In this document: positions 13,101 through 26,790 of the stretch, piece by piece | How positions within the stretch are numbered: position 1 is the first letter of the stretch | Layout of the letters: each line of letters begins with the position of its first letter | Source of the DNA: Octopus vulgaris | Taxonomy: Eukaryota | Direction of reading: 5' to 3' | Assembly (NCBI GenBank): GCA_951406725.2 | Contig: OX597816.1 | Span: 22,196,001-22,260,000 of the forward strand | DNA: 64,000 bases | Program-made: the position numbers and the translations under genes | Notes under the pieces: model-generated | Databases searched by the model: none | Told to the model about the DNA's origin: nothing | What the model saw: only the letters and a program-made list of their open reading frames with translations

Positions 13101-15209
13101 TGTGTGTGTGTATCTGATATACTTATGTATGTATATATGATTCTATATGAACACATATTATTATAGATGTGTGTGCCTGTTGGTAATCTCGTGTATGTAT
13201 AAGTGTATATGTGCTGCGTAAATATATACAAAGTTAATTTAAAATTTTATAACTTTAGATTTGTATATTTTTTACGCCCCATTCTATAATAAAAAAAAAA
13301 TGGCGCAAATCTTTGCTTAGTCAATATTAGAGATTCATCTGAAAAAATATTCGGTTAATAAGAGACAAATATTGAATTTTCTCTTTTATATTTTTGTACT
13401 CATATTTTCTTTAAATTTTTATATGTTCCATGATTTTCTTTCGTGTTATTTCCTTTACTTTTGTGCTTCGTACCGAGATTGTTGTTTTTTTCTTGCAGTT
13501 CTTTTCTGCATTCCTATGCCATCTGCTTTTCTTACCTTTTCATTATTCCATCTTTCATCTTTTCCTATTTGTTATTTACTTTTAAACTTCCCCACACGTT
13601 TATTTGTTCTCTCGTATTTTCCTTTATTATTTCCTGTTCCTAACATTTCCTTCCCTATTTGCTTATATAAATATATTGCTGTGTAGTTAACAATGTAGAG
13701 AATAAATCATATAGTCTACGTAACAGACCACCTCGTAAAACATGTCAGCTGGTTCACTGAGAAAACTTCCCTTACAAGAACTTTAAAAAAATACCCAACA
13801 AATTGTTTTAGTATATGTATTTTCTTTTTAACCGTCACTAAATTTCATTCTTCGTGCGCCAATCCTAACCTCACTTACCGCTAACCACTTAGTTTAAATA
13901 TTTATCGCACCAATCATCTCCAGCTCCATCTACGCTCTTTTCCCAAACCGATACCAATTTGCAGTGATCAAATACAGCATTAATCTCATAGATCTCACCT
14001 ATCACAGATGAAATACTACGAACATCAACGGTTAGCAACATATTGAGATGGAAAACCAAACACACGAGAAATATCACAGATTAATTTTCAATACTGACCT
14101 AAATGATTGAACGGCATATTACGATTAATCAAAATTATGGTAATTAATAACGCCTATCAATGCTATAATTTATTGAGTAGTTATTGACATGTAAGCTTTA
14201 TGCCAATACTAACTTGACCTGATCTTTCATTCCTAATCCATATACTGTACAATGTATCATACCATTATTTAAATTCTTTACTCTACCCATATTCCTATGC
14301 AGTGATTTATGGATCCATCACTGAAACAAAACAGCCCAATGGTTAATTATTTGAAAACTCTGTTCATGTTTCGTGAGTTCAAATCCACTATTGGCGTTTC
14401 ATTTCGTTATTTTTCACAGTTTCAGGGAAAATGAGTGAATGTATATGTGTCTGTATATGTCCACCTATGATTTGGCTTCCCATAATAGTTCACAGTGTAG
14501 CATAATTTACTTGAATATTAGCACTGATTCTGGTTCCCCTTGTGTCTTCATGTTGAAGTTGGTCTACTGAATACGCAAGGTACACAGTTTCTATACAGTC
14601 CTTATAGAACTGGTACAAATTCCTAATAGGTAATTCCTACGAATTAAGATGATATATATAAAGATTTATATTTGAGACATATTGTAATACTCTAACTATT
14701 AAACATTTTGCTTCTTATTCTAAGAATTATTTGAGAAATGAACCACCGGAAATCATTATTCAGAGACGCTATATGAGGATGAGATAGCAGTAGTTACAAT
14801 ATTGTTAACCACTTTAATGCCGTTAACATCCAGACGTTAATTAAAACTAATAATGTGGTGTAGCAAAGTCTGCTAATTATATCCGTAAGTTATTGAAGCA
14901 ACTCGAATATGTTCTAATTATATTAAACCTCTTCAGTGAAGTATACAAAATGCAATGAGTATCTGAATTGCTGCTTAGTAAAAGAAGATATAACATCATT
15001 GATTTTTGTAATTATTTCGGTTAGGTACTAAAGACAACTAATAGTTTTAGGCCTTATTAGACTACTTCCACGAAGCATAGCTTGCTCTTTTGTATTAATT
15101 ATTTTTCTAAATTTAATGCAGGTGTGTATTTTCAAAAGAGGGCTAAAGCTAGTCCAAGCTGTAAAAAAGCACATTCTACTTTACGTTATTTTCAGACCGT
15201 ATTAATATT

Positions 15210-15627
15210 TATTTCTTTATTGCCCACAAGGGGCTAAACGGGGAGGCGACAAACAAGGACAGACAAAGTGATTAAGTCGATTACATCGACCTCAGTGCGT
15301 AACTGGTACTTAATTTATCGACCCCGAAAGGATGAAAGGCAAAGTCGACCTCGGCGGAGTTTGAACTCAAAAAGTAGCGACAGATGAAATACCTATTTCT
15401 TTACTACCCACAAGGGGCTAAACTGGGAGGGGACAAACAAGGACAGACAAAGTGATTAAGTCGATTACATCGACCCCAGTGCATAACTGGTACTTAATTT
15501 TATCGACCCCGAAAGGATGAAAGGCAAAGTCGACCTCGGCGGAATTTTAACTCACAACGTAACGGCAGAGGAAATACGGCTACGCTTTTCGCCCGGCGTG
15601 CTAACGTTTCTGCCAGCTCGCCGCCTT
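15210..15627 (-). mobile_element. SINE family C with tandem duplicated ~180-bp body (dimer)
   Basis: One head at 15627 and two body units joined at GAAATACC/TATTTCTTTACTACCCAC. Confidence 0.88.
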
Positions 15628-16015
15628 ATTACAGTTAATAATTGTAACCTAAACTATCCCCTGACGTTTCGTATCCGTTTGTTATCATCCACTGCTCATC
15701 CGTAATGATTCCAATACTCGACGTCTTTCTTAATCGTTCCTTTCCCAAAACTTATTACTCATCAAAAGTTAGTCATTTTTAAAATCACCTGCAGGCAGAT
15801 TGCAAACAGATGCAAATATATATTTCATAACTCTCCGTATTTGGATATTAAACAGGATATTTTCTCTCGAGTCATATATTTGTACATGAAAACAATCATG
15901 TTAGTTTGCATCTGCTATTATTCTAACTAGGAATAATATATTGAGAGTTTTTACATTTAAGTAGATTTTAGTATTCCATGATGGCAATGAAACCATAAAT
16001 TTCACTGCCTAATGT

Positions 16016-16252
16016 AAGGCGGTGTACTGTCAGAAATGTTAGCACGTCGGGCGAAATGCTTAGCAGTATTTCGCCTGGCGCTATGTTCTGAGTTTAAATT
16101 CCACCGAGGTTGACTGTGCCTTTCATCCTTACAGGGTCGATGAATTAAGTACCAGTTATGCTCTGGGGGCCAATATAATCGATTTAATCCATTTGTCTGT
16201 CCTTGTTTGTCCTCTCTTTGTTTAGCCCCTTGTGGGCAGTAAAGAAATAAGA
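16016..16252 (+). mobile_element. SINE family C monomer
   Basis: Matches the family consensus. Imperfect TSD (CACT[G/A]CCTAATGT) on both sides. Confidence 0.85.
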
Positions 16253-16310
16253 ATTCCACTACCTAATGTTAGTTTCGGCAACAATCGTATGGACACTATA
16301 TATATATATA

Positions 16311-16731
16311 GCATAATTAAATCTCAGAATGAGATTGAAACAGTAATCGCTCGATAATGTAAAGTATACAAGCCATATTATCATGGCTAACCACATAGGG
16401 GAGGGGGTGTTACTCTAGCTTTATAGCCCCAAGAGATCGTCGTCTCTAGCTGGCTTTAGACACCATATCAGTGCCCTTGAAGTATTTGCAAAGGGAGGCC
16501 ATCCCTTCCTCGCAAGCCTGAGTGATACGCTCGGACTAGTTTCGGGATCCCGAAACTAGTCCGAGCGTATCACTCAGGCTTGCGAGGAAGGGATGGCCTC
16601 CCTTTGCAAATACTTCAAGGGCACTGATATGGTGTCTAAAGCCAGCTAGAGACGACGATCTCTTGGGGCTATAAAGCTAGAGTAACACCCCCTCCCCTAT
16701 GTGGTTAGCCATAAGATGTCTTCTAAACTTT

Positions 16732-16735
<4 letters not shown>
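16311..16735. mobile_element. Fold-back non-coding PLE pLTR fragment containing a perfect 330-bp palindrome (16383-16712)
   Basis: 165-bp arms identical by eye, zero spacer, centre GGGATCCC followed by GAAACTAGTC (HHR 3' half). Flanked by (TA)n on both sides. Homologous to 35427-35632. Confidence 0.85.
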
Positions 16736-16789
<54 letters not shown>

Positions 16790-18672
16790 TATCGTAAAAT
16801 GTTATACTGAGCCCATCAAATATACTGTATTGAAAGAAGTACCACGAACATATTCATATGAATCTTTGTGTGAATGAGCAGTGTGAATTTTCGGTGTTAG
16901 CCTTGTAGTGTTACATTTTTCTGGCATGCAATTGCTGCCTACATATTGGGCGGTTGGCATATTAAAATTAAGTTAGAGAGAGATAATAGATCTAATGTCT
17001 GTTAAATGACGGTGTCCTTCACAAAGCTAGTCACTTTGTAATAATTCTGTGAATAGCTGCAAAAACATACTTAATATCTTATGTAAGAGCAGGTTATCAC
17101 ATCCAGCCGAAACACAAGTTTTGCAAACTGGGTTAGTACATTTCTTTCAAATGCAATACTCACACTGAAGATGAAGGTTTTCCCTCGTTTCCAAGCTTAG
17201 GCTTGGGACATGTTCTCATGTAACCCAGGATGACAAGCAAAGTTTTCATTGAAGCGCCAACAAGCAGAAAGTAGTTTCCACCAATGACGTTAGTGTTACC
17301 TCTGTCTGAAGTTCGAGCGAAAACCTTAAATGCAAATCTGTTTAAGTTTGTGGGCTCATCGCATAATTTCAGCTGTTCCGCTTTAGAACACCAGAATTCT
17401 CCTAATCTTCGTATTTTGCATAAAATTATCATTGCTTAAGAAATATTGAAGTGCAACTTAAATTTAGAACTTAGATGAGTCTATGGTAAATCAAACATTT
17501 TAAAGGATCGAAATTTTAGGAAAAGCATAGATCGAAAAATGTTATGCCATTTCAGTATATTTTTTAGCCACTGTCTGTGTGTGTTTTGGGGACTCAAAGT
17601 AACAGACGATGGGATAGGTGGCACTCATGATAACGGATAGCCTTTATGATCGGAAAATTCAACGCCATAAACCCCCTCCAAAGTTGTGCTCTAGTTTGAA
17701 TATTTATTTCAAGTGACATCTCTAGCAAGTCTTGCGTTATGCTCATACAATCATAACAGCGCATTGAAGATGTGAAAAATTTCGGGAAGAAATATTATAT
17801 TGTGTAGGAAATATCTGAGACTTACATACATTAAAATTCTTCATTTAAGCCGCATATAATCAAATCGTTGATACGTAGTTGCATAATTTACTCTTTTCCT
17901 TGTCTCAGCTATGCAGTCGGCTGCGGTCATGCTGGATCACCATAAGAAGTAAAATAATGTCTTTTATTGTTTCTATTTTAAATGTGTATGTAATAGTATC
18001 AAATAACAGCTGTAGGATATATTATAGCATTAGCTGAGACAATATCAAGCGACAATTACATTCCGCATGAAAATAGAGAGCACATATTAGAAATCTCGTT
18101 TTTAAGATTCCTCTTTTAAACGATATCGAGATTTATTTTTAAAATTCCTCATTTAAAATACTGCAACATTCAAACGCAAAATATGCAGATCGCTCTAGTA
18201 TACGTAACAGGAGGAAAACTACTCCAAACTAGAACTCTCTGTGTACGTAGGGCACTCAGCTAAATACACGGGTTTACACGGCACTTGTGTTCCGATCTGT
18301 ACATTTCAGGCGAGGATCGTGGGGACTTTTATAGAATTTTGCGAAGCATAAACTGTGTATTTTATGTATAATTCAGTAAATTTATAACCTCCTTTGTTAA
18401 TGTATTTCTGTTTCAACGTCTCTGTTTCACTTCTTTCTTATTATTATCCACTGAATCTATTCATATACAGGAGTTTTGTGTCGTAGGTTTAATCGTATTT
18501 TGCTAATGTATTTACGTTACTGTGAAACAAGTTACGTCACAAAACGGTTTGGAAACCACATTTTATACTTAAATGATTATAGAACGTAACCATATATTTT
18601 GCTTACTTCTGCTTCTTAATTGAACATACGGCAAATTATTATATTAAGTTATTACTTAAGCTTAACGTTACT

Positions 18673-19055
18673 GGATTGAAGCACTCCGTCGGTTACGACG
18701 ACGAGGGTTCCGGTTGATCCGATCAACGGAACAGCTTGCTCGTGAAATTAACGTGTAAGTGGCTGAGCACTCCACAGACACGTGTAACTTTAACGTAGTT
18801 CTCGGGGATATTCAGCGTGACACAGAGAGTGACATGGCCGGCCCTTTAAAATACAGGTACAACAGAAACAGGAAGTAAGAATGAAAGTTGTGGTGAAAGA
18901 GTACAGCAGGGATCACCACCATGCCCTGCTGGAGCTTCGTGGAGCTTATAGGTGTTTTCGCTCAATAATCACTCACAACGCCCGGTCTGGGAATCGAAAC
19001 CGCGATCCTATGACCGCGAGTCCGCTGCCCTAACCACTGGGCCATTGCGCCTCCA
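18673..19055 (-). mobile_element. SINE family B
   Basis: Reverse complement of 10585-10972. TSD CTTAACGTTACT at 18661-18672 and 19056-19067. Confidence 0.92.
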
Positions 19056-19410
19056 CTTAACGTTACTAAGTTCACGCTTGTTTAGATTTAGATACTCATT
19101 TCTTGCAAAGTTGAGTAGTACCTTTCACACACACATACATTATCCATATATATAATATTCAAAGAAATTCCAACTCTGTTTATTTTTTTGTTTTATTTAT
19201 TTTCTTTATAGTATTATTGTACAATATAGAATATATAGTATAAAAAGTATATATAGTAGTATAATGAAATGAAGTATTGATTGTCTTATTGAATAGATGA
19301 AATATTGAATATAAAATATTAAGGGACTATTATACTTTCTTGCATTAACGCAGCCTTCAAGGTCCCAGGTTGTGACAGGAGTGTTTCAACTATATATATA
19401 TATATATATA

Positions 19411-19796
19411 TCTTTATATATAAAAGTGAAGTTGTGTGTCTGTCTCCTTCGATTTAGATTCCTAACTACTCCCACATTTTGCGGTGCACTCTAACCAACA
19501 CCGGGTATCGTATAGTCGTGATTCATATCGAGCCCTTCTGGGTATTAGCGCGCGACTACGATGAGTCTACGATTTAAAAAAAAAATTACCATTATTTTTT
19601 TTCCATTTTAATGCATTTTTTCGCTATTATATAAGGGAAGTAACTCCCTAAAATGTCTACGATGAGTCAACGATTTAAAAAAAATTACCATCCTTTTTTT
19701 TTTCCATTTTTAATGCATTTGTTTGCTATTTTTGGGCTAAAACTCTCTAAAAATTCTTATATAGTTATTTCCCTTACAAACCTGAGCAACGCCGGA

Positions 19797-19800
<4 letters not shown>
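19411..19800 (+). mobile_element. Non-autonomous Helitron, terminal CTAG lost
   Basis: Starts TC after (TA)n and ends at the subterminal hairpin CCTGAGCAACGCCGGACG. Near reverse complement of 21939-22338. Confidence 0.78.
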
Positions 19801-19827
<27 letters not shown>

Positions 19828-19854
19828 CTCATATGTTTTCAAGATATATTCTTT

Positions 19855-20235
19855 TATTCTTCTACTTGTTTCTTTCATCTGACTGTGGCTATGCTGGAGC
19901 GCGCCTCAGAATTTATGCTTTGTAAGCCTGGTACTTATGCTATGGGACTCTTTTGCCGAACCGTTAAGTTACAGGGACGTAAACACAGCGGTATCGGTTG
20001 TCATTCGATGTTGGGGACACACACACACACACACATATATATACGTCACACACATAGTCACACACGACGCAGGCACATTTCCACAAATATAAGGCGGGGT
20101 ATACACACAAATATACAACATTCCTTCACACAATTCCCTTTAACCAAATTCACTCACTAAGCAATGGACCGCCCGGAGCTATAGTAGACGTCACTTGCTG
20201 AATGTGGCATACAGTTAGACTAAACATGAAACCAT
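19855..20235 (-). mobile_element. Degenerate SINE family A
   Basis: Diverged reverse-complement similarity to 4765-5176; head truncated. Confidence 0.7.
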
Positions 20236-20698
20236 GAGGAAGAGCGTAGGCTCGAAACGTAAAAGAATTTCTCACATTCCCGAGCGTTAAACTAATACAC
20301 CTGTTTGTTGTTTACACACCTGTCTTCGATTATTGTAAATTCCAAGGATATACAATTAGCTTGTTGACCACACAGCCATGCAGAGCAATATAATACTTTA
20401 AGGGAACAATATTTCACAGGTGCATTTTTAGAATATTAATATATCAAAATAGGAATGATGTGAAACCATGTCTTTCACAATCTAAATTTACTTTTATCGG
20501 ATTATCTCATTAAAATATCTATTATATATAAAGACATATATCTGCAATACTAAACCGGTAGAAATTGCTCCAATATCGTGATTATTGACGAGAAAATAAT
20601 GATAATGAAAATGAATATCAATATCAGGAACAAACAAGGAAGCAAGCAGCTGGAGGCTAAAACAGAGTGACGAGGTGAAAAGAGAAAAGAACATTTTA

Positions 20699-21152
20699 TT
20701 GGGTTGTCCGGAAAGTTCGTGCCGATTTTTAAAGGAAACAAAAAGGTCAATAAATACTTTCCATTACCCAAGCTTTACCAGGTGCTCATGAACGACGGAT
20801 TTTGATAGGTTGAGGCTTTCTGCCAATTCTCGGGTTCTGCAATGTGGGTTATTCTCAATTAATGACTTGATTTGGTCATCATCTGTAGCGTATGGCCTGC
20901 TTGATCGCTCTTTATCAATAAGGCTACAATCTCCAGCTCGGAACCTTGCGAACCACTTCCGTAAAGTTCTTTCGGATAAAGGAACATCACAATAAACTGC
21001 GCATATTTCTTTGGTTGCTTGTGAGGCATATTTCCCTTTACGGAAAAAGAAAAGCATCAAGTGCCGAAAATGAACTTTGTTTTTCACAGCTTTAAAATTG
21101 AAAATTCCAAGTAGGTGACAAGGAAGATAGCTACAGTGAGTATATCCATATA

Positions 21153-21220
<68 letters not shown>

Positions 21221-21604
21221 TAAAATCATAGGGTAGCAAGAATATTCATAGAAAAATTCTTAGTTACCAGTGGTCTAGCGAGAAAGAAAAAATTAGTCGA
21301 TAAACAATATATTATTCAGAGAAGAATACAGTGTACGTTCAAACACAAAAGAGATACCTGAGATACCAAAAGAGATACCAGTCAGATATCCTATTCTTCG
21401 GGTGAACTTTCTTATCTTCTAATTTAAAGCGTTACAGAATTAACACAGATTATAGGAACATAAACCTTCTTCCTCGAAAAGATATCTTAAACTGTGCTCT
21501 AAATGGATGTGTAGTTCAATCCTATTTTATGGACTCAAACATGTTCTAAAATAAGTCGAAAGGTAAGCTACTATAAATCGGCACGAACTTTCCGGACAAC
21601 CCAA
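20699..21604 (-). mobile_element. Internally deleted mariner (Tc1/mariner) DNA transposon
   Basis: ~30-bp TIRs TTGGGTTGTCCGGAAAGTTCGTGCCGATTT at 20699 and inverted ending at 21604, with TA on both flanks. Carries a (TA)n-associated insert at ~21110-21390. Confidence 0.93.
20764..21087 (-). pseudogene. Mariner transposase N-terminal HTH domains; DD34D catalytic domain deleted
   Basis: KVHFRHLMLFFFRKGK.ASQATKEICAVY..SERTLRKWFARFRAGD.SL.DKERSSRP..RTRELAESLNLSKSVVHEHLVKLG, fused directly to the C-terminal NGKY remnant. Confidence 0.92.
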
Positions 21605-21633
21605 TATTTATGTATCACATGTATATGTCATAG

Positions 21634-21782
21634 AAACATAAACCTTCTTCCCCGAAAAGATAGCTTAAACTGCGCTGTACATGGACGTGTAGTCAAATCC
21701 TATCTTATGGACTCAAACATGTTCTAAAATAAGTCGAAAGTTAAGCTACTAGAAATCCGCACGAACTTTCCGGACAACCCAC
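21634..21782 (-). repeat. Tandem second copy of the mariner 5' end including the TIR
   Basis: 21634-21782 repeats ~21456-21604 with several substitutions and is followed by TA. Confidence 0.88.
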
Positions 21783-21938
21783 TATTTTTTATGCTGTGTA
21801 TACAACATTGTATATTTGAAAATACTGTCCTTATCCTCTGCCTTTTCAGTGCTTTTATGAAGAGGATCAATGTGAATGCTTTCTCCATCCAAATTTATGT
21901 ACGTGTGTCGGTTTGGGAAAATCTCAGTTTATTTAGCA

Positions 21939-22338
21939 CTAGCAGTATCGCCGGCGTTGATCGGGTTTGTAAAGGAAATAACTATATAAGCATTTTTAGA
22001 GTTATAGCCAAAAAATAACAAAAAAATGCATTAAAAATGGGAAAAAAATGATGGTAATTTTTTTTTTAAATCGTTGACTCATCGTATACATTTTTAGAGA
22101 GTTACTTCCCTTATATAATAGCGAAAAAAATGCATTGAAATGGAAAAAATGATGGTAATTTTTTTTTTTTTAATCGTAGACTCATCGTAGTCGCGCGCTA
22201 ATACCCAGAAGGGCTCGATATGAATCACGACTATACGATACCCGGTGTTGGTTAAACTGCACAACAAAATGTGGGAGTAGTTAGGAATCTAAATCGTAGG
22301 AGACAGACAGCACACAACCTCACTTTTATATATAAAGA
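21939..22338 (-). mobile_element. Non-autonomous Helitron, complete
   Basis: The minus strand reads A|TCTTTATATATAAAAG...hairpin...CTAG|T: 5'-TC, 3'-CTAG, inserted between A and T, no TSD. Confidence 0.85.
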
Positions 22339-23241
22339 TTTCAATTTTCAGCCATTAGGCATCTTTGTTCTCCGGTAAAATTTTGTGAAAACATATTTTG
22401 TTCTTGTTCTCATTGGATGTTAAAACTTTTGTTCTTCCAACATCTAATTACTTCGTTCAACACTTTTCTACATTTCTTCGAATCATTTTTCGCTCAAAAA
22501 TATATTTCATATTTTCTAATTACTGTCTCCATTTGATTTTCAATTCCTTTTTCAAATCGTTTCTATATTTCTCTCCTTTTCTGTTTTTTTTTTCCGCTGG
22601 TAATTAACGGAGACATCCTCGTTCTCCTTCATTGTATTCATAGCATAGCGAAGCGGAGACAGCAATGATAAACAAAAACAACATTAGCAATTAGATAATT
22701 AATGCTTTACAGACATTTCGAGAGGCCAATCAGTCTGAAAACTACAACATCAGACAGAGAAGCCAGGCACAATCATCCATGTCTATTATAATTTATATTT
22801 CATAATACCTACAGCAATAAGTCTCTTAATTAGAAGATGCTATTAAACAAAACAGAATTTTCAAAATATTTCCTCAGTCGCTAAGGTCTATTATTTCAAA
22901 AATAACTCACACAATATTAAGAATTTTTAAGATGATAATCTGCTTTCAGTGCTTTATCTAATAAGGTGATATTTCGATGCAAATTCAGCTCATGTTCAAA
23001 AGTTTTTATATTGCATTTCCTCTTTTGGTGAGCATTATCTCTTATCGCTCTGCATGAGCAGCTTGGCTTTCTGCTAAATTTGAAACTATTTACTAATACT
23101 TTCTTTGTTAGGCGTCAGGCAACTGAACATCCTCAGAATGCACATATACATGTTTGTGTGCATGCACGCACATGTATGTATGTATTATGTATATATGTTA
23201 ATATATATATATATATATATATACACACGTGTGTTTTTGCG

Positions 23242-23394
23242 TGCAGGAGTGACTGTGTGGTAAGAATCTTGCTTACCGACCTCATGGTTCTGGGTTCAGT
23301 CTCACTAAGTAGCACCTTCTGCAAGTGACTTCTATAGCCTCGGGCCGACCAAAGCTTTGTGAATGGATTTGTTAGGTGGAAACTGAGAGAAGTT

Positions 23395-23426
<32 letters not shown>

Positions 23427-23625
23427 ACTGTGTTCGTCCCCACCACCATCGCTTGATAATCGATGTTGGTGTGGTTACGTCCCTGTAACTTAGCGGTCCA
23501 GCAAAAGTGTCCGATAGAATAAGTACTAGGCTTACAAAGAATAAGTCCTGGGGTCGATTTTTTTTTTACTAAAGGTGGTGCTGCAGCATGGCCGCAGTCA
23601 AATTACTGAAAGTAGTAAAAGAATA
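23242..23625 (+). mobile_element. SINE family A
   Basis: Colinear with 4765-5176. Confidence 0.88.
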
Positions 23626-24578
23626 ACAGATATATCAACACTTTTATATACTTTTGCGTATGCGTGTGTCTGTGTTTGTTTGTGAATATAGATGTATGCA
23701 TCGTCTGATTATTATCATTTTGTTTTTCTTTGAAGGATGTTGTTCTACCGAAACTGCGATACTTTTAGGTTTTAGAAGAATAAAAATAGAGTTTGCAAAT
23801 GTAGAAACGAAAGTTACGTATATTGTGTTTCTCTCTTGATATATATGTAAATTCCACAAAGAATAAAAGAAATTTGCTGCATGATTTAAGTGAATTCATA
23901 TCTTTCACGTTGTATTGTGAGCATTTTGTTCAGTTTTCTTTCGCCGTATAATTCTATACAAAAACAGTATGTGAATAGAGAAAAGTCACTATTTTCTTGT
24001 TGAAATCGCAAATGTGCCCATAATTTATATATATTTTCTTATATGTATGCATTAACAGCAGACTTTAGTCGGAAAATTATGCTGCTGAAGGTCGATGTAA
24101 ATACGTACAAACGTTAGGCCACCTGCAAAATTAGACATGTAAATGATATAAAAATAAGTTTTGTGAATACAACGTGTTTTCTTGCCACGACTGAGCTCTA
24201 TGTCAGCAGCAATAATGATTTATTGCATAACTTGTATCCTTTATCGCTTACTTGTTTCACTCATTCTCTTGAGACCGTGCTGGGGCACGGAAGTGAAAGG
24301 TTTTAGGCGACTAAATTGGCCCCGTTAATCATACGTCTTTTCTCAGATCTGGAATTTTTTGTATCGGGTGTATTGTTGAAGAGATATCTGTGTTAAGGGA
24401 CGTAAACAAAACCAAGTGATGCATGGGAGGATCACAGATACACACGCACATTCATACACACATATGCCCACTCCCACTTAAATGCATATATATATGCATA
24501 TATGCGTGCATACACACACACACACATATATATATATATATGTATCTCTCTCTCACTCTCTCTCTCTCTATCTATCTA

Positions 24579-24611
<33 letters not shown>

Positions 24612-24672
24612 ATCTCTCTCTTTCTCTCTCTCTCTCTCTATCTCTCTATCTCTCTCTCTCTCTCTCTGTATG

Positions 24673-24713
<41 letters not shown>

Positions 24714-25399
24714 CAAAGTTGAGTTGTGGGGTATCGCACGAGTGGAATTATATACGAAAGAAGGTTTGAAAATGCAATTTAAAAGATGTTTATTTACTTA
24801 ACCGGTTTCACTCTTTGGAAAAAGATTGTCAAAAGTTGCATAGAATATTATGAATTCAAAAACGTTTTTTACATAATTGCCACATTACATGTATATATAC
24901 AGTCTTTGGTAACAGGGACATGTTAAGGACATAAAGAAGTACAACAGTGTGATGAGAATATTTGAAAAAATGGGCAGAAAAAATAAAACAAATATATTAT
25001 TGGAAGTTTGGGTGCGTTAATTATTGGTTGTTGCAAATTGCCTCATTACATGTATATAAACAGTCTTTGGTAATAAGGACATGTTAAGGACATCAGAAAG
25101 TACAACAGTATGATGAGAATATTTGAAAAAATGGGCAGAAAAGATTAAAATAAAGATATTATACATCTCAGGGTCAGTACAGAATATTATGAATTCAAGG
25201 CGAGCTTGTTTACTGACCTGTCCGTTTTAGCAGAAATGTTTAATTGAGAAAGATGTACCCGTTTTTTTCTGTTTTTGGCTTTCCTTCAAGCATCAATGAT
25301 TTTGGGGTTAGGCTGAGGTGAATATGTGTGTCTATCTGCGTGTGTGTGAATAGATGTGTCTGTGTGTCTGTAGTATTTGGTCAGATGGCGTCTGTTTGT

Positions 25400-25789
25400 C
25401 AAGTGTGTGTGGTTGTCATGGTGTTGTGTGTGCGTGTGTGTGCGCGTGCGTGTGTGTGCGCGTGCGTGTGTGCGTGCGTGTGTACGCATGCATGAGTGTG
25501 GATGGCATTTGACATGGTGCTGCGTGTGTATATATGTGCCTGTATGGAGGTGAGACTGGTGTGAGTGTGCGTGCCCCTGTGTGCGTGCACACACACGTAT
25601 ACAAGCGTCTGCGTGTGTGTTGGGGCTGTTTTTGAATGGTTCCAGAGTGGCGAAAATAGATGCGTATTGTTTAAAGAATTTTTTGGGGTAGGATGGTGTG
25701 TGTATATATGCGTGCCCGCCCGCCCGTGCGCGCGCGTGTGCGTGCGCGTGCGCGTCTACGCGTGTGTGTGGGCCATACACACACACTAC

Positions 25790-25821
<32 letters not shown>

Positions 25822-26790
25822 CATACACCCCCCCACACACATAATATACAAACATACAACACACACACACAACACACACACATACAGAACACACACACAC
25901 ACACACGCACACACATATACACACACAACACACAAATATAACATATATTTATATATAATATACACACATATAACACACACACACACAGCACACGCACACA
26001 TACATACATAATATAAATACAACACAAATACACCTAGCACATATATACATACAATACACAGCATATATATAATACACATACACAATATATACATATAACA
26101 TACATACACAATACATACATATAATATATATATATATATAGACATTGCATATACATATATACATATATATAGTGTTTACATACACATACATAAATATACC
26201 ACATATGCACACAATATACACACATACAATGTATACATATACCCATACGCATACATATAACATATATATACACATAACATACACATACACAGTGCATACA
26301 TATGTATACATGCAATGTATATACATGTATTCATGCATATATAACACACCTACAATATACATATATACAATGCACACATACACACACAATGTACACATAC
26401 ATATACAATATACATATACACAATGCACATATATATACACACATATATATATATATATATCTACACATATACACATACATATATATATCATGCATACATA
26501 CGTATAGCGTACACACACATATATATCTACATACCACACACACACACAAAAAATGTACTCACATATACACATATACCATGCATACACACACACAATACAT
26601 ACATATATACATATATATAAAACATATACACATATAAATACATACACACATACAATGCACACACACACACACGCACGCGCACACACGCACGCGCGCACAC
26701 ACACACACACACACACAACCCACACAACACTCACACACATACATAACCTACATATATATAATGCATGCGTGTGCGTGCCGCGTATGTGTG
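25400..26790. repeat. Long degenerate (TG/CA/TA) compound microsatellite
   Basis: About 1.4 kb of CA/TA/CG dinucleotide mixtures; the source of many spurious ORFs. Confidence 0.95.

Noticed and set aside
16320-16350. AATCTC-AGAAT-GAGATT-GAAACAGTA as an HHR half
   Set aside because: There is no upstream CTGANGA, and the homologous tail at 35587-35632 has GTAAACAGTA, so GAAA is not conserved.
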